A stretch of DNA of 45,564 nucleotides, taken from positions 1 through 45,564 of the forward strand of contig JBLFXH010000003.1 in NCBI GenBank assembly GCA_047611125.1, read 5' to 3'. This stretch comes from Rhodothermales bacterium. Lineage in GTDB: Bacteria > Bacteroidota > Rhodothermia > Rhodothermales > UBA10348. The notes beneath the pieces are model-generated. The model saw only the letters and a program-made list of their open reading frames with translations, was not told where the DNA came from and ran no database searches. Shown here piece by piece: positions 9,264 to 19,582 of the stretch (within the stretch, counting starts at the first letter, position 1; the number at the start of each line of letters is the position of its first letter). The position numbers and the translations under genes are program-made.

Positions 9264-10028
9264 ATGGCCAGAGCAGATCTTCAAGGTGTTGCCGTTGCGT
9301 TCGTAGAGGACCCCACTCCCTCGAACCGAGAGGCCGTCGTCATGGCTGCCGTACCCTTGGTGCGTTCGATCGTGGGGCGCCTTAGCGTACCCGACCACCC
9401 CCTCGCCTCGCGAGAGGACCTTGAAAACGTAGGCCTGCTTGGACTTCTGCAGGCACTTGACGGTTATGATCCCGAACGCGGGACTCCGTTCGTTTCCTAC
9501 GCCTACGGACGTGTCCGAGGCGCTCTGGTTGACTATCTCCGGTCCATCGACGCCCTCCCCCGCGAGCGCCGTCGACGTTTGGCCGAGGCCCACCGGGCCA
9601 TGGACACACTTCGTCAGGTACTGGGCGGTGAGCCCACTGATGGCGATGTCGCCGACTACCTAGGTATTTCACTTCCCGACTACCACTCGCTGTTGCGCGA
9701 TGCGCAGTGCCGATTCTCTCTCTCGCTTCACGCCCCGATTGACAAGGAAGGTGATCAGACGATCATCGAGTCGATTCCGAATGAGGAAACCTTCGAGGCC
9801 TTCGAGAAGATTGACCGGAAGTCGCTATCAGAATACATCCAAACGCTTATCAATGACCTGCCGGAACGCGAGCAGACTATTGTGGCGCTCTACTACTTCG
9901 AGAATCTCACGCTCAGGGAAATCGCCGGCCTGATGGACCGGACCGAGGCGCGGATCTCTCAAATTCTAGGCAAGGTGCTCATTCAACTGAGATCACACCT
10001 GGCCAAGATGGGCAGCAAGGCTGCCTGA
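9264..10028 (+). CDS. fliA: RNA polymerase sigma-28 factor FliA/WhiG
   Basis: EDLENVGLLGLLQALDGYDPERG, FVSYAYGRVRGALVDYLRSID, LYYFENLTLREIA..TEARISQI. Confidence 0.95.
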   Translation: MARADLQGVAVAFVEDPTPSNREAVVMAAVPLVRSIVGRLSVPDHPLASREDLENVGLLGLLQALDGYDPERGTPFVSYAYGRVRGALVDYLRSIDALPRERRRRLAEAHRAMDTLRQVLGGEPTDGDVADYLGISLPDYHSLLRDAQCRFSLSLHAPIDKEGDQTIIESIPNEETFEAFEKIDRKSLSEYIQTLINDLPEREQTIVALYYFENLTLREIAGLMDRTEARISQILGKVLIQLRSHLAKMGSKAA

Positions 10029-10033
10029 CCACC

Positions 10034-10085
10034 TTTCCGTTTGGCGGAAACTACCCGCCATTTCCGCGCATTCGGTTAAGCCGAA
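10034..10085. terminator. Cluster of short inverted repeats after fliA (possible terminator)
   Basis: tttccg/cggaaa (10034-10050), tggcgg/ccgcca (10042-10060), ttcgg/ccgaa (10071-10085); no clean U-tract. Confidence 0.3.
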
Positions 10086-10172
10086 CAAACGGAATGAAGT
10101 CGGGTATACCCGCGGCTAAATTCGTCGGAGTCCTACGCTCCGTTCTCTCACCACTCAACTACCTGGTTCAGC

Positions 10173-12266
10173 ATGGGTGTGATGAACCGACTCCGGGAAA
10201 ACACCGGCGTCGTCCTCTGGATACTCGTTTTTGCCTTTGGCGTCATCTGGGTCCTTCAAGACTCCGGAGGCCTTGATGTGGTCGGCTTTGCCGGCAACAA
10301 CATTGCCTCGGTCAACGGTGATAACATCACTTTTGAAGAGTACAGCCAGGCTCTTGACGGGCAGGTCAGCAATTATTCGCAGCAGTCTGGCGGGAGCATG
10401 CCTCCCCAGATGCTGGATCAAACCCGGCAACGGGTGTTCGACAATCTGATTGAGACCAAACTGCGCGAGCAGGAGATGACCCGTTTGGGTCTTCAAGTTT
10501 CGGATCAGGAGGTCGTCCAAATGATTCAGGGCACAGACCCCCACCCCATCATCAAGCTGTATTTCGGCGATGGTGCGGGCGGCGTGGATCGGTCCCTACT
10601 GCAAAACTTTGTCGAGAACCCCGACGCTCGGGAGGATTGGCTGAATATCGAGGACTATCTCCGTCAGGAGCGGCTCCGCGAAAAACTGGACAAGCTGGTG
10701 ACGGCTTCAGTCCGGATTTCGGATGCCGACCTTACCGCGGAATACGTGCGTCGTAACCGCGCGGTAGACGTCCGCTTTGTCGCTCTTCGGTATACCACCG
10801 TCCCGAACGATTCGGTGAGTTTCTCCGATCGCGACCTCCAACGTTTCTACGATGCCAACCGGGAGGACTTTGCCCGCAAGCGTTCGTACACGTACCGGTA
10901 CGTCTCGGTAGACAAGAATCCCACCGCCGCCGATACGGCCGCGACGCTGGATGATCTGGTCGATCTGCGCGAGTCCTTTGCCGCCGCCGCCGACGACTCG
11001 ACATTCCTGGCTCGTAATGGCTCCGAGCGCCCTTGGGCTGATGCCTATTTCCGTCCCGATGAGTTGGACGAGGCTGTTTCCAGCGTTGTCTTTGAGGACC
11101 CGACTCCTGGTCAGGTCTACGGACCGATTGTCTCTGGCAATCAGGCTCATCTGATCAAGGTCATCAATGTCCGTGCTCCCGAGGAAACGGCCGTTCGCGC
11201 CCGTCACATCCTGTTCCGGGCCGCTGAAGATGACGCCGAGGCCCGCGCGGAGGCTCGCCGTGAGGCGAACGACATTCTCCGCCAGCTTCGTGGCGGAGCC
11301 GACTTTGCCGAGATGGCCCGCGAACACTCCTCCGATCAGTCTGCCTCTCTGGGTGGCGATCTGGGATGGTTTGGCCCGGGTCGTATGGTGGCGCCCTTCG
11401 AGGAGGCTGCCTTCGGCGCTCGAATCGGCAGCGTAGTCGGCCCGGTTTCGACGCAGTTCGGGTTCCACCTTATCGAGGTCACTGAGCGCGCCACGCAGGA
11501 AGCACAGATTGCTGACTTCGCGCTGGAACTCCGCGCGTCTGTTGCCACGCTGAACGCTGCCCAAGAGCGTCTGGAGGACATTCAGTACTTCGCCATCGAG
11601 AACGGTGACTTTGAGGCCGAAGCTGCACGTGTCGGCTTGAACCCGTCAACGGTTCAGGTCGAGGACGGCTCGGTCTTCATTCCGGGTATCGGAAACAGTG
11701 GCGAGCTACAGGACTTCCTTGCCGGCGGCCGCTCAGGCGATGTCAGCGAAGTCATTGAGCTCAACGATGAGTTCATTGTCGGCGTTATCGAGGCCATTCA
11801 GGAGGCGGGCTATCAGCCGTTTGAGGAAGTTCGCTCGCAGCTCGAGCCGCGCGTCCGCAACGAAAAGAAGGCGGCGATCCTCCGGGACCGTTTGCAGAAC
11901 GCCTTGTCGCAGGCAGGCGGACTTGACGGGCTTGCCGCCGCCGTCGGCGAACAGGAGCGCTCAGCCAACAACCTCTCCTACACCAACATGGTCGTCCCGA
12001 CCCTGGGTCGCGACCCTCAGTTCGTTGGTACAGCCCTCGGCCTGGCCGCGGGTGGCGTGTCCAGGGTGATTGAAGGTGCCAACGGTGTCTTTGTTGTGGG
12101 CGTCAGTGAAGTCCATGAAGCTGGCGAAATGCCAGCCGCCGAGATGGAATCACTTCGCACCCAGCTACAGACGCAGTCTGAAAACCGCGTCCGGACACAG
12201 TGGATCAATGCTCTGAAGGAAGGATCCGAGATCGTTGACAACCGCCGCGCGGTCCTGATCAACTAG
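10173..12266 (+). CDS. PpiD/SurA-like membrane-anchored peptidyl-prolyl isomerase
   Basis: N-terminal TM anchor, SurA_N-like region (IASVNGDNITFEEY), parvulin domain VRARHILF...GGDLGWFGPGRMVAPFEEAAF...TQFGFHLIEV. Confidence 0.9.
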   Translation: MGVMNRLRENTGVVLWILVFAFGVIWVLQDSGGLDVVGFAGNNIASVNGDNITFEEYSQALDGQVSNYSQQSGGSMPPQMLDQTRQRVFDNLIETKLREQEMTRLGLQVSDQEVVQMIQGTDPHPIIKLYFGDGAGGVDRSLLQNFVENPDAREDWLNIEDYLRQERLREKLDKLVTASVRISDADLTAEYVRRNRAVDVRFVALRYTTVPNDSVSFSDRDLQRFYDANREDFARKRSYTYRYVSVDKNPTAADTAATLDDLVDLRESFAAAADDSTFLARNGSERPWADAYFRPDELDEAVSSVVFEDPTPGQVYGPIVSGNQAHLIKVINVRAPEETAVRARHILFRAAEDDAEARAEARREANDILRQLRGGADFAEMAREHSSDQSASLGGDLGWFGPGRMVAPFEEAAFGARIGSVVGPVSTQFGFHLIEVTERATQEAQIADFALELRASVATLNAAQERLEDIQYFAIENGDFEAEAARVGLNPSTVQVEDGSVFIPGIGNSGELQDFLAGGRSGDVSEVIELNDEFIVGVIEAIQEAGYQPFEEVRSQLEPRVRNEKKAAILRDRLQNALSQAGGLDGLAAAVGEQERSANNLSYTNMVVPTLGRDPQFVGTALGLAAGGVSRVIEGANGVFVVGVSEVHEAGEMPAAEMESLRTQLQTQSENRVRTQWINALKEGSEIVDNRRAVLIN

Positions 12267-12280
12267 TTCTCCCTTCCATA

Positions 12281-13093
12281 TCAGACCGGTATCTCGAGGG
12301 TCCCGCGGAACACAGTTTCTGCGGGACCCTCGAGGTATCGGACCCTCCCGTCGGCGTGGAAACCGATGGTCAGAACTCCGCCGGGCATGTGGACGTCGAC
12401 CGTCTCTGCGGCCAGGCGGCCGGTGAGACGTGCGGCGGCCGCCGCGGCTGTCGCGCCAGTACCGCAGGCCAGGGTCTCCGCCTCCACACCTTTCTCAAAG
12501 GTGCGGAGGCGGAGACCCTGGCCGTCCACCTCGGCGAAGTTGACGTTCGCTCCTGCCGGAGCATTGGTCCGGCGGAGCCGAGGACCGACCGTGGCCACGT
12601 CGGCCTCCGCCACGCTGTCCACAAATACCACTATGTGCTCCGTCCCGGTCCATACGTAGCATCGCTCCGGCCCGTCCTGATCTTCCTTCAATTTGGCAAA
12701 GCCCTGGTAGTCCGGGATGTAGAGGCGAACTCCGTCCGGGAGCATGTCGGCTGAATAGACTCCGGCGTCCGTTTCAAACCGGAGTGGCGCCCCTACCATT
12801 CCCGCATTCGCCGCGTACCGCGCCAGACATCGCGCTCCATTCCCGCACATTGTCCCGACTGAACCGTCGGCATTCAGGTATCGCATCCGGAAATCAGCAG
12901 TCTCAGACTCCTCGAGCGCCAGAAGTCCGTCCGCCCCAATCCCCGCCCTCCGAGCGCAGAGGCGGATAGCCATCTCGGACAACTCTTCGACCGGAAAGAA
13001 GTAGAAGCGGTTATCCAGAACGATGAAGTCGTTGCCGGCCCCGCTCATCTTGGTGAACTCCACAACGAGCGTGCGGGGAGGGTTGGGCATCAT
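12281..13093 (-). CDS. dapF: Diaminopimelate epimerase
   Basis: FTKMSGAGNDFI, MCGNGARC, RTFEKGVEAETLACGTGA. Confidence 0.96.
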   Translation of the reverse strand: MMPNPPRTLVVEFTKMSGAGNDFIVLDNRFYFFPVEELSEMAIRLCARRAGIGADGLLALEESETADFRMRYLNADGSVGTMCGNGARCLARYAANAGMVGAPLRFETDAGVYSADMLPDGVRLYIPDYQGFAKLKEDQDGPERCYVWTGTEHIVVFVDSVAEADVATVGPRLRRTNAPAGANVNFAEVDGQGLRLRTFEKGVEAETLACGTGATAAAAAARLTGRLAAETVDVHMPGGVLTIGFHADGRVRYLEGPAETVFRGTLEIPV

Positions 13094-13147
13094 TTCGGTG
13101 GGGCGTTGGGTCCTGTTTATCCCGTATCAGAATCAGATAATACACTC

Positions 13148-14101
13148 TTGGCAGAAAGGCGCATTCTCATCGACAAAGCCGAACCCCTCCTTCTGTTCGG
13201 CTTCAATGACGTTTACCTCCGCCGCATCGAGGATGCCTTCCCGGAGACCCAAATCACGGCCCGCGGCAATCAGGTGCTGCTCCGCGGCGGCGAGCCCGCG
13301 CTGAAGCGCATTGCCCGCATTCTGGATGAGATGATTGTCCTCGTCAACAGGAACGGTTCTCTGACGGAGAAGGACGTAGAGACGATGTTGGCACTCGGTG
13401 ACGACCGCAGTGGATCCGGCTCGAAGGGCGCCGCGGGCCACAGTGCCGTGGTATTCACGCCTTCTGGTGGAGTGATTCGGGCCAAGACCCCTAATCAGGC
13501 CAACCTTGTCGACTCGGCCCAGACCCACGACATCGTGTTCGCGGTCGGCCCAGCTGGTACCGGAAAGACGTATACGGCCGTCGCACTTGCTGTTGCGGCC
13601 CTGAAGTCCAAGCAAGTTGCCCGCATCGTACTCTGCCGCCCGGCTGTAGAGGCTGGCGAGCGCCTGGGCTTTCTCCCAGGCGACTTCCGCGATAAGGTCG
13701 ACCCATACCTGAGGCCGCTCTACGATGCGCTGGAGGACATGCTGTCGGTGGAGAACCTGGCTTCTCTGATGGAGCAGAACATCGTCGAGATCGTGCCGCT
13801 GGCCTACATGCGAGGGCGGACGCTAAACTCTGCCTTTGTGATTCTGGATGAGGCCCAGAACGCCACCACGCCGCAGATGAAGATGTTTCTGACGCGCATC
13901 GGCGCCAACAGCCGCGCCATCATAACGGGCGACGTTACCCAGACCGATCTTCCCCGTCGATCAGACAGTGGCCTGATTCAGGCCCGGAATATCCTGGAGG
14001 GTGTCGAGGGCATCTCCTTCATCTATTTCGACGAAGGAGATGTCATCCGCCACCGACTGGTGAAGGACATCATCCGGGCGTACGAGAAGTTCGAGGACTG
14101 A
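13148..14101 (+). CDS. phoH: PhoH family ATPase (YbeZ-like)
   Basis: GPAGTGKTY, RPAVEAGERLGFLPGD, YMRGRTL, DEAQN, GDVTQTDLP. Start probably TTG 13148 (track: 13106). Confidence 0.93.
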   Translation: MAERRILIDKAEPLLLFGFNDVYLRRIEDAFPETQITARGNQVLLRGGEPALKRIARILDEMIVLVNRNGSLTEKDVETMLALGDDRSGSGSKGAAGHSAVVFTPSGGVIRAKTPNQANLVDSAQTHDIVFAVGPAGTGKTYTAVALAVAALKSKQVARIVLCRPAVEAGERLGFLPGDFRDKVDPYLRPLYDALEDMLSVENLASLMEQNIVEIVPLAYMRGRTLNSAFVILDEAQNATTPQMKMFLTRIGANSRAIITGDVTQTDLPRRSDSGLIQARNILEGVEGISFIYFDEGDVIRHRLVKDIIRAYEKFED

Positions 14102-14180
14102 GCCGGGCTGGAATTCTCGCCCAAGCCGGCGGCTTGCCGCGACCGGACGGCACTGCTTAGCGACCAGCCTAGCAACCGGC

Positions 14181-15224
14181 CTAACGTCCCGCCCAGACCA
14201 TCCGGCCATCCCGGTCGATGTACGCCTCCCTTCCCCCATCGACCACTCGGGCCAATGGACCGTGGAACGATGAGGCGACCTCGAACCGGGGCTGAATCAA
14301 AAAGGCACCGGCCGTGTCGATATATCCCCATAGTCCTCCCATCCGGACGGTAGCCCGACCTCCTGAGAAGTCTTTCGCAGCCTCGAATTGAAGCCCAATC
14401 ACGAGCTCTCCAGTACGGTCCACAAATCCAGTCAGCCGCTGATCACCGACACGCGCGAGCCCCTCGGAAAACGAGTAAGCCGCCGGGTAGGGGAGCGTGA
14501 GCTCAACCTCTCCACGGGCATTCAGGTAGCTGGCCGCGCCTCTGTCCGATACCAGCGCAAGACCCTCCGAGAAGGTGCGGACGCTCGTGTAGGTAGCTGG
14601 AATCACCCACGCGCCTGTGGAATTGGCGTACCCCCAGCGTTTCTCCAGTCGGATGAAGAGCAGTTTTCGATACTTCTCTGCCGGGATGAGGCCTTCGGAG
14701 GGACGAAAGACGCCGTCCAAGACCGGACCACTGAGCTCCAGCCCTTCGTCTGACAAAACGCCCCAGAGGCCGGGTTGCCCGCGCGGAGTCGTGTCGGCTC
14801 CTGCCTGATACCCGGCAAGTCCGTCTCCAAGCGGGGTCATGTCTTCATAGGCCCTTTCGGTGATCTGAGCACCAGACTCATCGATGAGAATCCAGCCCGG
14901 CTCCGCGCGAACGCGTGCCACCCCGCCTGTAAACAAATCAGCTTCGCGGAAAGAAGGCTGAATCACCCACACCCCCTCCGGATTCAGGTAGCCCCAGCGC
15001 CCCCCCAAGCGCGCCGGCCCGAGCTGCCCGGAGAACGCCTTGAGCGCCTCGAACGGGCCAGCATCTACCTGCTCTCCGGCGGCAGTGATCATCCCGACTC
15101 CCCCCTGAACGCGAACCGGATAGCGCCAAGTCTCCGATGCCTGCCCGAGTGCGGACACAGGGAGCACCAGTGCCACCAACAAACCTACGGCCGCCACCTT
15201 CCCCGGCACGTTCATCCAACCCAT
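14181..15224 (-). CDS. Secreted WG-repeat protein
   Basis: Signal peptide (..VSALG-Q); repeated WGY(L/I)(N/D)xxG.WVI.P and FSEGLA units. Confidence 0.88.
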   Translation of the reverse strand: MGWMNVPGKVAAVGLLVALVLPVSALGQASETWRYPVRVQGGVGMITAAGEQVDAGPFEALKAFSGQLGPARLGGRWGYLNPEGVWVIQPSFREADLFTGGVARVRAEPGWILIDESGAQITERAYEDMTPLGDGLAGYQAGADTTPRGQPGLWGVLSDEGLELSGPVLDGVFRPSEGLIPAEKYRKLLFIRLEKRWGYANSTGAWVIPATYTSVRTFSEGLALVSDRGAASYLNARGEVELTLPYPAAYSFSEGLARVGDQRLTGFVDRTGELVIGLQFEAAKDFSGGRATVRMGGLWGYIDTAGAFLIQPRFEVASSFHGPLARVVDGGREAYIDRDGRMVWAGR

Positions 15225-16087
15225 GAGGGTACCTCAACAATTGCGTTGTCAATGAGTCGCGCACCGCCAATTCGGACGGCCGCGGCAGCGATGACGGTTT
15301 GCCCAGCGCGGAAGTGGTCCACAGGCTGCAGTAAGTCGCCGTCTACGACCTCTGCATACTCAATCTCGGCCAGAGGAGCCTCTGAGAAAGGCTCCAACAT
15401 CAGGGCACGAACGCCGTGGGCATCCAGGCGGCCGGACAGAATGGCCTCCCGCGCTCCAAAGACCGATCGCGAAACGGCCACGGCCTGACTCCGGGCATCG
15501 CCAGATAGGTAGCGGTTCCGAGATGACATTGCGAGTCCGTCTTCTTCCCTGACGGTCTCAACGCCCACCATTTCGATCCCGAAATCCAGGTCCTGGACCA
15601 TCCTCCGGAGCACGAAGAACTGCTGCGCATCCTTCAGACCAAACACAGCAGCGTCTGGCTGGCACGCGTTGAACAATTTGCCAACTATGGTGGTCACTCC
15701 GTTGAAGTGCCCCGCCCGATAGGGCCCACAAAGGTGTTCCGTCAACCGGTCCACGGTCACCCAAGTCAGGCCGGAACTGCCGTCATGATACATGGCCAAG
15801 GGCGGAGGCGCGTAGACCACGTCCGCTCCACCGACTTCCTTAAGGCGCCCCATGTCCGAGTCCAGATCCCGTGGATACCGTTCATAGTCCTCGCCTGGCG
15901 CAAACTGAGTCGGATTGACAAAGATCGAGACGGTGACGTGGTCGGCCACCTCCCTCGCTCGCCTGACTAATTGAAGATGGCCATCGTGCAGCGACCCCAT
16001 CGTCGGGACCAGGGCCAGCCGATGGCCAGCACAACGCGCTCGTCTAGATTCGGCCTGCATGGCCGGGACGTCGGTGATCAGTTTCAT
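15212..16087 (-). CDS. panC: Pantoate--beta-alanine ligase
   Basis: VPTMGSLHDGH, SIFVNPTQF, FGLKDAQQ, GLAMSSRNRYL, RLIDN. Confidence 0.97.
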   Translation of the reverse strand: MKLITDVPAMQAESRRARCAGHRLALVPTMGSLHDGHLQLVRRAREVADHVTVSIFVNPTQFAPGEDYERYPRDLDSDMGRLKEVGGADVVYAPPPLAMYHDGSSGLTWVTVDRLTEHLCGPYRAGHFNGVTTIVGKLFNACQPDAAVFGLKDAQQFFVLRRMVQDLDFGIEMVGVETVREEDGLAMSSRNRYLSGDARSQAVAVSRSVFGAREAILSGRLDAHGVRALMLEPFSEAPLAEIEYAEVVDGDLLQPVDHFRAGQTVIAAAAVRIGGARLIDNAIVEVPSWVG

Positions 16088-16250
16088 GCTTGGGGGTCTG
16101 GGTGCAAGGACGCGGCACGCCGGGGAGCAAGCTACGAATGGGTGTATTCAAGCGGTATCAACACCGGGCGGTCACCTACCCCTCGTATATTGGTTCGTGC
16201 CCTTCAAACGGTCGAGGCACGACGATTTCACAACGGCCAATCGATTCCCG

Positions 16251-17651
16251 ATGAGTGATTTCCGCATCGAAAAGGACTCTTTAGGAGAAGTCCGTGTACC
16301 CGCCGACGCTGCCTACGGAGCGCAGACGCAGCGGGCCGCCGACAACTTCCCCATCTCCGGTATCCGGTTCTCTCGACGGTTCATTGCCGCCCTGGGAACA
16401 GTCAAACGCTCGGCCGCCCTGGCCAACGCAGAGCTGGGACTCATCGGCAACGCTACGCGCGATGCCATCGTCGCCGTGTCAGACCGCGTTATTGCCGGCG
16501 AACTGGACGATCAGTTCGTGCTCGACATCTTTCAGACGGGCAGTGGCACGTCCAGCAACATGAACGCGAACGAGGTCATCGGTAACCTCGCCAGCGAGCG
16601 GATTGGCGGAGACCGAGGCAGCAAGCTGGTCCACCCGAACGACCACGTCAACGCGTCACAATCGTCTAACGATGTGATTCCCACAGCCATGCACGTGGCT
16701 GCCCGAGAGGGGATCGAAAAAGATCTGATACCGGCTCTGGAGGCGCTGGCCACCTCGTTTGAGGCGAAGGCCACCGAATTCGACGACGTTGTCAAGAGCG
16801 GCCGCACCCATCTTATGGACGCCACGCCGGTCCGACTGGGTCAGGAATTCGGGGGGTACGCCTCGCAAGTCCGCCACGGCATCCGCCGGGTCAGGGCGGG
16901 CTCTTGGGAGCTGGCGGAACTAGCACTTGGAGGAACGGCCACCGGCACCGGCATCAACTGCCCTCCCGGCTTTGCCGAAAAGACGATTGCTCACATCAGT
17001 GCCTACACGGGCCTGGAGTTCAAGGAGGCCGAGAACCACTTCGAGGCCCAGGCCGCCAAGGACGCCTACGTCAACGCCTCGGGATCGCTCAACACGCTTG
17101 CGGTCTCACTCCTGAAGATGGCCAATGATATCCGGCATCTCTCTAGCGGACCCACCAGCGGTCTCTCCGAGATCAGGCTCCCCGCCGTCCAGCCCGGATC
17201 GAGCATCATGCCCGGCAAGGTCAACCCCGTAATGAGCGAGGCCATGATGATGGCCTGTGCGCGCGTGATGGGCAACCACACCACGATGACCATCGGAGGG
17301 CAGCACGGCAACTTCGAACTCAACGTCATGATGCCCGTGATGGCCCACGCGATGTTGGAGTCCATCGCCATCCTGACCGGCGCCGCGGATGCCTTCCGCA
17401 CCAAGTGTTTGGACGGCATTCAGGCTGACCGTGAGCGCTGCCGCGAGTTGCTGGAGTTGAACCCTTCGATTGCGACAGCGCTGAACCGGACCATCGGGTA
17501 CGACAAGGCCTCTACCGTGGCCAAGACCGCAGCCAAGACCCGCCGGTCCGTCCGCGATGTGGTGCTAGAGATGAACCTCATGTCTGTCGAAGAACTGGAC
17601 CACGTCCTGGATGTCCGTGACATGACAGAGCCCGGCGTGCCCGGCAGTTGA
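16251..17651 (+). CDS. fumC: Class II fumarate hydratase
   Basis: RIEKDSLGEV, QTGSGTSSNMNANEV, KSGRTHLMDATP, GSSIMPGKVNP. True start ATG 16251; the track start at 16059 overlaps panC. Confidence 0.95.
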   Translation: MSDFRIEKDSLGEVRVPADAAYGAQTQRAADNFPISGIRFSRRFIAALGTVKRSAALANAELGLIGNATRDAIVAVSDRVIAGELDDQFVLDIFQTGSGTSSNMNANEVIGNLASERIGGDRGSKLVHPNDHVNASQSSNDVIPTAMHVAAREGIEKDLIPALEALATSFEAKATEFDDVVKSGRTHLMDATPVRLGQEFGGYASQVRHGIRRVRAGSWELAELALGGTATGTGINCPPGFAEKTIAHISAYTGLEFKEAENHFEAQAAKDAYVNASGSLNTLAVSLLKMANDIRHLSSGPTSGLSEIRLPAVQPGSSIMPGKVNPVMSEAMMMACARVMGNHTTMTIGGQHGNFELNVMMPVMAHAMLESIAILTGAADAFRTKCLDGIQADRERCRELLELNPSIATALNRTIGYDKASTVAKTAAKTRRSVRDVVLEMNLMSVEELDHVLDVRDMTEPGVPGS

Positions 17652-17654
17652 GCC

Positions 17655-18872
17655 GTGCTTGATAAGCTCTTGATAGTCGAGCTGGCCTCCGTACTGGCAG
17701 GCCCGTCTGTCGGCCAGTTTTTTGCGGAGCTGGGCGCACGGGTGGTCAAGATTGAGAATCCCGCGACCGGCGGCGATGTGACGCGCGCGTGGTACCGGTC
17801 TGGTGAGGATCGATCCAGACCGGCCAGCTATTTCGATGCCTGCAACTTCGGAAAGGAATCCGTCGCCCTGGACATCCGCACCAGTGCGGGACAGGGCGTG
17901 CTCCGCCAGTTGGTCGAGAAGGCCGACATCCTGCTGACCAGTTTCGGCCCCGGAAGCGCAGAACGCCTCGGTCTCACTCCTCCCGTGTTTGCGGCTTGGA
18001 ATCCGCGTCTGATTCAGGGCGCTGTGAGCGGATACGGGCCTTCCGCGGCTCGGCCCGGTTACGACGCCGTGATCCAGGCGGAGTCCGGATTCATGGACCT
18101 GAACGGAGATCCTGATGGCCCACCCGTCAAGATGCCTGTAGCCTTCATCGACCTAATGGCGGCCCACCATCTCAAGGAGGCCATTCTGGTCCAGTTGCTC
18201 AAGCGGAGAGACTCCGGGACGGGGGCCTATCTGGAGGTTTCGCTCTTGGACGCAGCCCTCGCATCGCTGGCTAATCAGGCAACGAGTTGGATGCGAACGG
18301 GAATCACGCCCCGGCGATCGGGCTCGGTGCATCCGAATATTGCGCCCTACGGCACGGTCCTTCGAACTGCCGACCAAGGCTCCGTCCTGCTCGCTGTTGG
18401 CAACGATCGACAGTTTCAGGCCCTCTGTCGAGTGCTGGGCTGCACCCACCTTGCGAGTGATGCCGAGCTGGCAGACAACGCGGGCCGGGTAGCCGAACGG
18501 TCGCGCCTGGACGCCGGACTTCAGCTGGCGGCCGGCGCCTGGTCTTCAAAAGACCTCATGGCGGCGTTGAACCTTGAGCGCGTCCCGGCCGGATTGATAC
18601 GAACCGTGGCCGAAGCCCTGTCCGACGAGTCGGCGGGGCCGGTTCTGCTGAGGAGTTCGGTAAGCCCGGAGGCCGCCGCGCCCCTTGGTACCAGAGTGGG
18701 TTTGGGCTCCGAACCACAGCCACGCGGCCTTCGGCAGTGGCTGTTCCACCCGAAGCGCGCCGATCTCTCTGCGCCGCCCCGGCTCGGTGCACAAACGCGC
18801 CTCGTTCTGGCCGGGCTGACCGATCTTGCGCCCAACGACATCAATCTTCTGATTCCCGCCATCCCCGAGTGA
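17655..18872 (+). CDS. Family III (CaiB/BaiF) CoA-transferase
   Basis: ELASVLAGP...LGARVVKIE, NFGKESVALD, PGYDAVIQAESG, PVAFIDLMAA. Confidence 0.92.
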   Translation: MLDKLLIVELASVLAGPSVGQFFAELGARVVKIENPATGGDVTRAWYRSGEDRSRPASYFDACNFGKESVALDIRTSAGQGVLRQLVEKADILLTSFGPGSAERLGLTPPVFAAWNPRLIQGAVSGYGPSAARPGYDAVIQAESGFMDLNGDPDGPPVKMPVAFIDLMAAHHLKEAILVQLLKRRDSGTGAYLEVSLLDAALASLANQATSWMRTGITPRRSGSVHPNIAPYGTVLRTADQGSVLLAVGNDRQFQALCRVLGCTHLASDAELADNAGRVAERSRLDAGLQLAAGAWSSKDLMAALNLERVPAGLIRTVAEALSDESAGPVLLRSSVSPEAAAPLGTRVGLGSEPQPRGLRQWLFHPKRADLSAPPRLGAQTRLVLAGLTDLAPNDINLLIPAIPE

Positions 18873-18874
18873 CC

Positions 18875-19582
18875 ATGACCCAGCGCTCCCCTCTTATCGG
18901 CATCACCACCTCCCTCAAAGACGGCAACCAGATCCTGGATGTGCGCTATGCCGATGCTGTGGAAGTAGCAGGAGGTCTCCCTGTCATTCTGCCGGCAACC
19001 TCTTCGGCTTCTGTGGCTGAAGAACTGACGGCGCTCCTCGATGGGCTCGTCATCACGGGCGGCCCGGCCATCACCACGGGATTGGTGGGCAGCCTTCCGG
19101 TTGACATCTCCGAGACGGACCCACGTCGGACGGCATCCGATGGGCTGTACCTGCGGGCCCATCGAGCGCGGAACGCTCCCCTGCTCGGCATCTGCTACGG
19201 GATGCAGATGATCAACGCCGAGGCCGGGGGGACCATCCATGCGGATATCGAAGAAGCCGTAGATGCGAGCCTCGTCCACTCGAGCGACCGGGGCGGAAAG
19301 CATCATCCGATTTCCCTGGAGCCCGGTACGTGGCTGGCCTCCATCCTCGGCCCCGACACCCGCTCGGTGAACACCTATCACGTCCAAGCACTGAGTGACG
19401 TGGGAGCCTCGCTTAGGGTGGCAGCTCGCGCCCCGGATGGCGTGATCGAGGCCATCGAGAATGAGGACGGCTCGATGATCGGCGTGCAATTCCACCCTGA
19501 GCGTCAACTTGAGGACCTGCTTCCCGTGTTCGAGCATTTGGTGGCCCGAGCCCGGGAGCGTCGCTCGCTATCTGCGGGCTGA
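18875..19582 (+). CDS. Gamma-glutamyl-gamma-aminobutyrate hydrolase family protein (peptidase C26, PuuD-like)
   Basis: LDGLVITGG, LGICYGMQMIN (nucleophile Cys), VNTYHVQA, GVQFHPE. Confidence 0.9.
   Translation: MTQRSPLIGITTSLKDGNQILDVRYADAVEVAGGLPVILPATSSASVAEELTALLDGLVITGGPAITTGLVGSLPVDISETDPRRTASDGLYLRAHRARNAPLLGICYGMQMINAEAGGTIHADIEEAVDASLVHSSDRGGKHHPISLEPGTWLASILGPDTRSVNTYHVQALSDVGASLRVAARAPDGVIEAIENEDGSMIGVQFHPERQLEDLLPVFEHLVARARERRSLSAG

Noticed and set aside
16059-16250. Apparent 64-aa N-terminal extension of FumC in the ORF track
   Set aside because: Overlaps the divergent panC start; FumC homology begins at ATG 16251.
18521-19537. 338-aa minus-strand ORF; likewise 10707-11564 (-) and 14775-15488 (+)
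   Set aside because: Fully overlap well-supported genes on the opposite strand and show no motifs.
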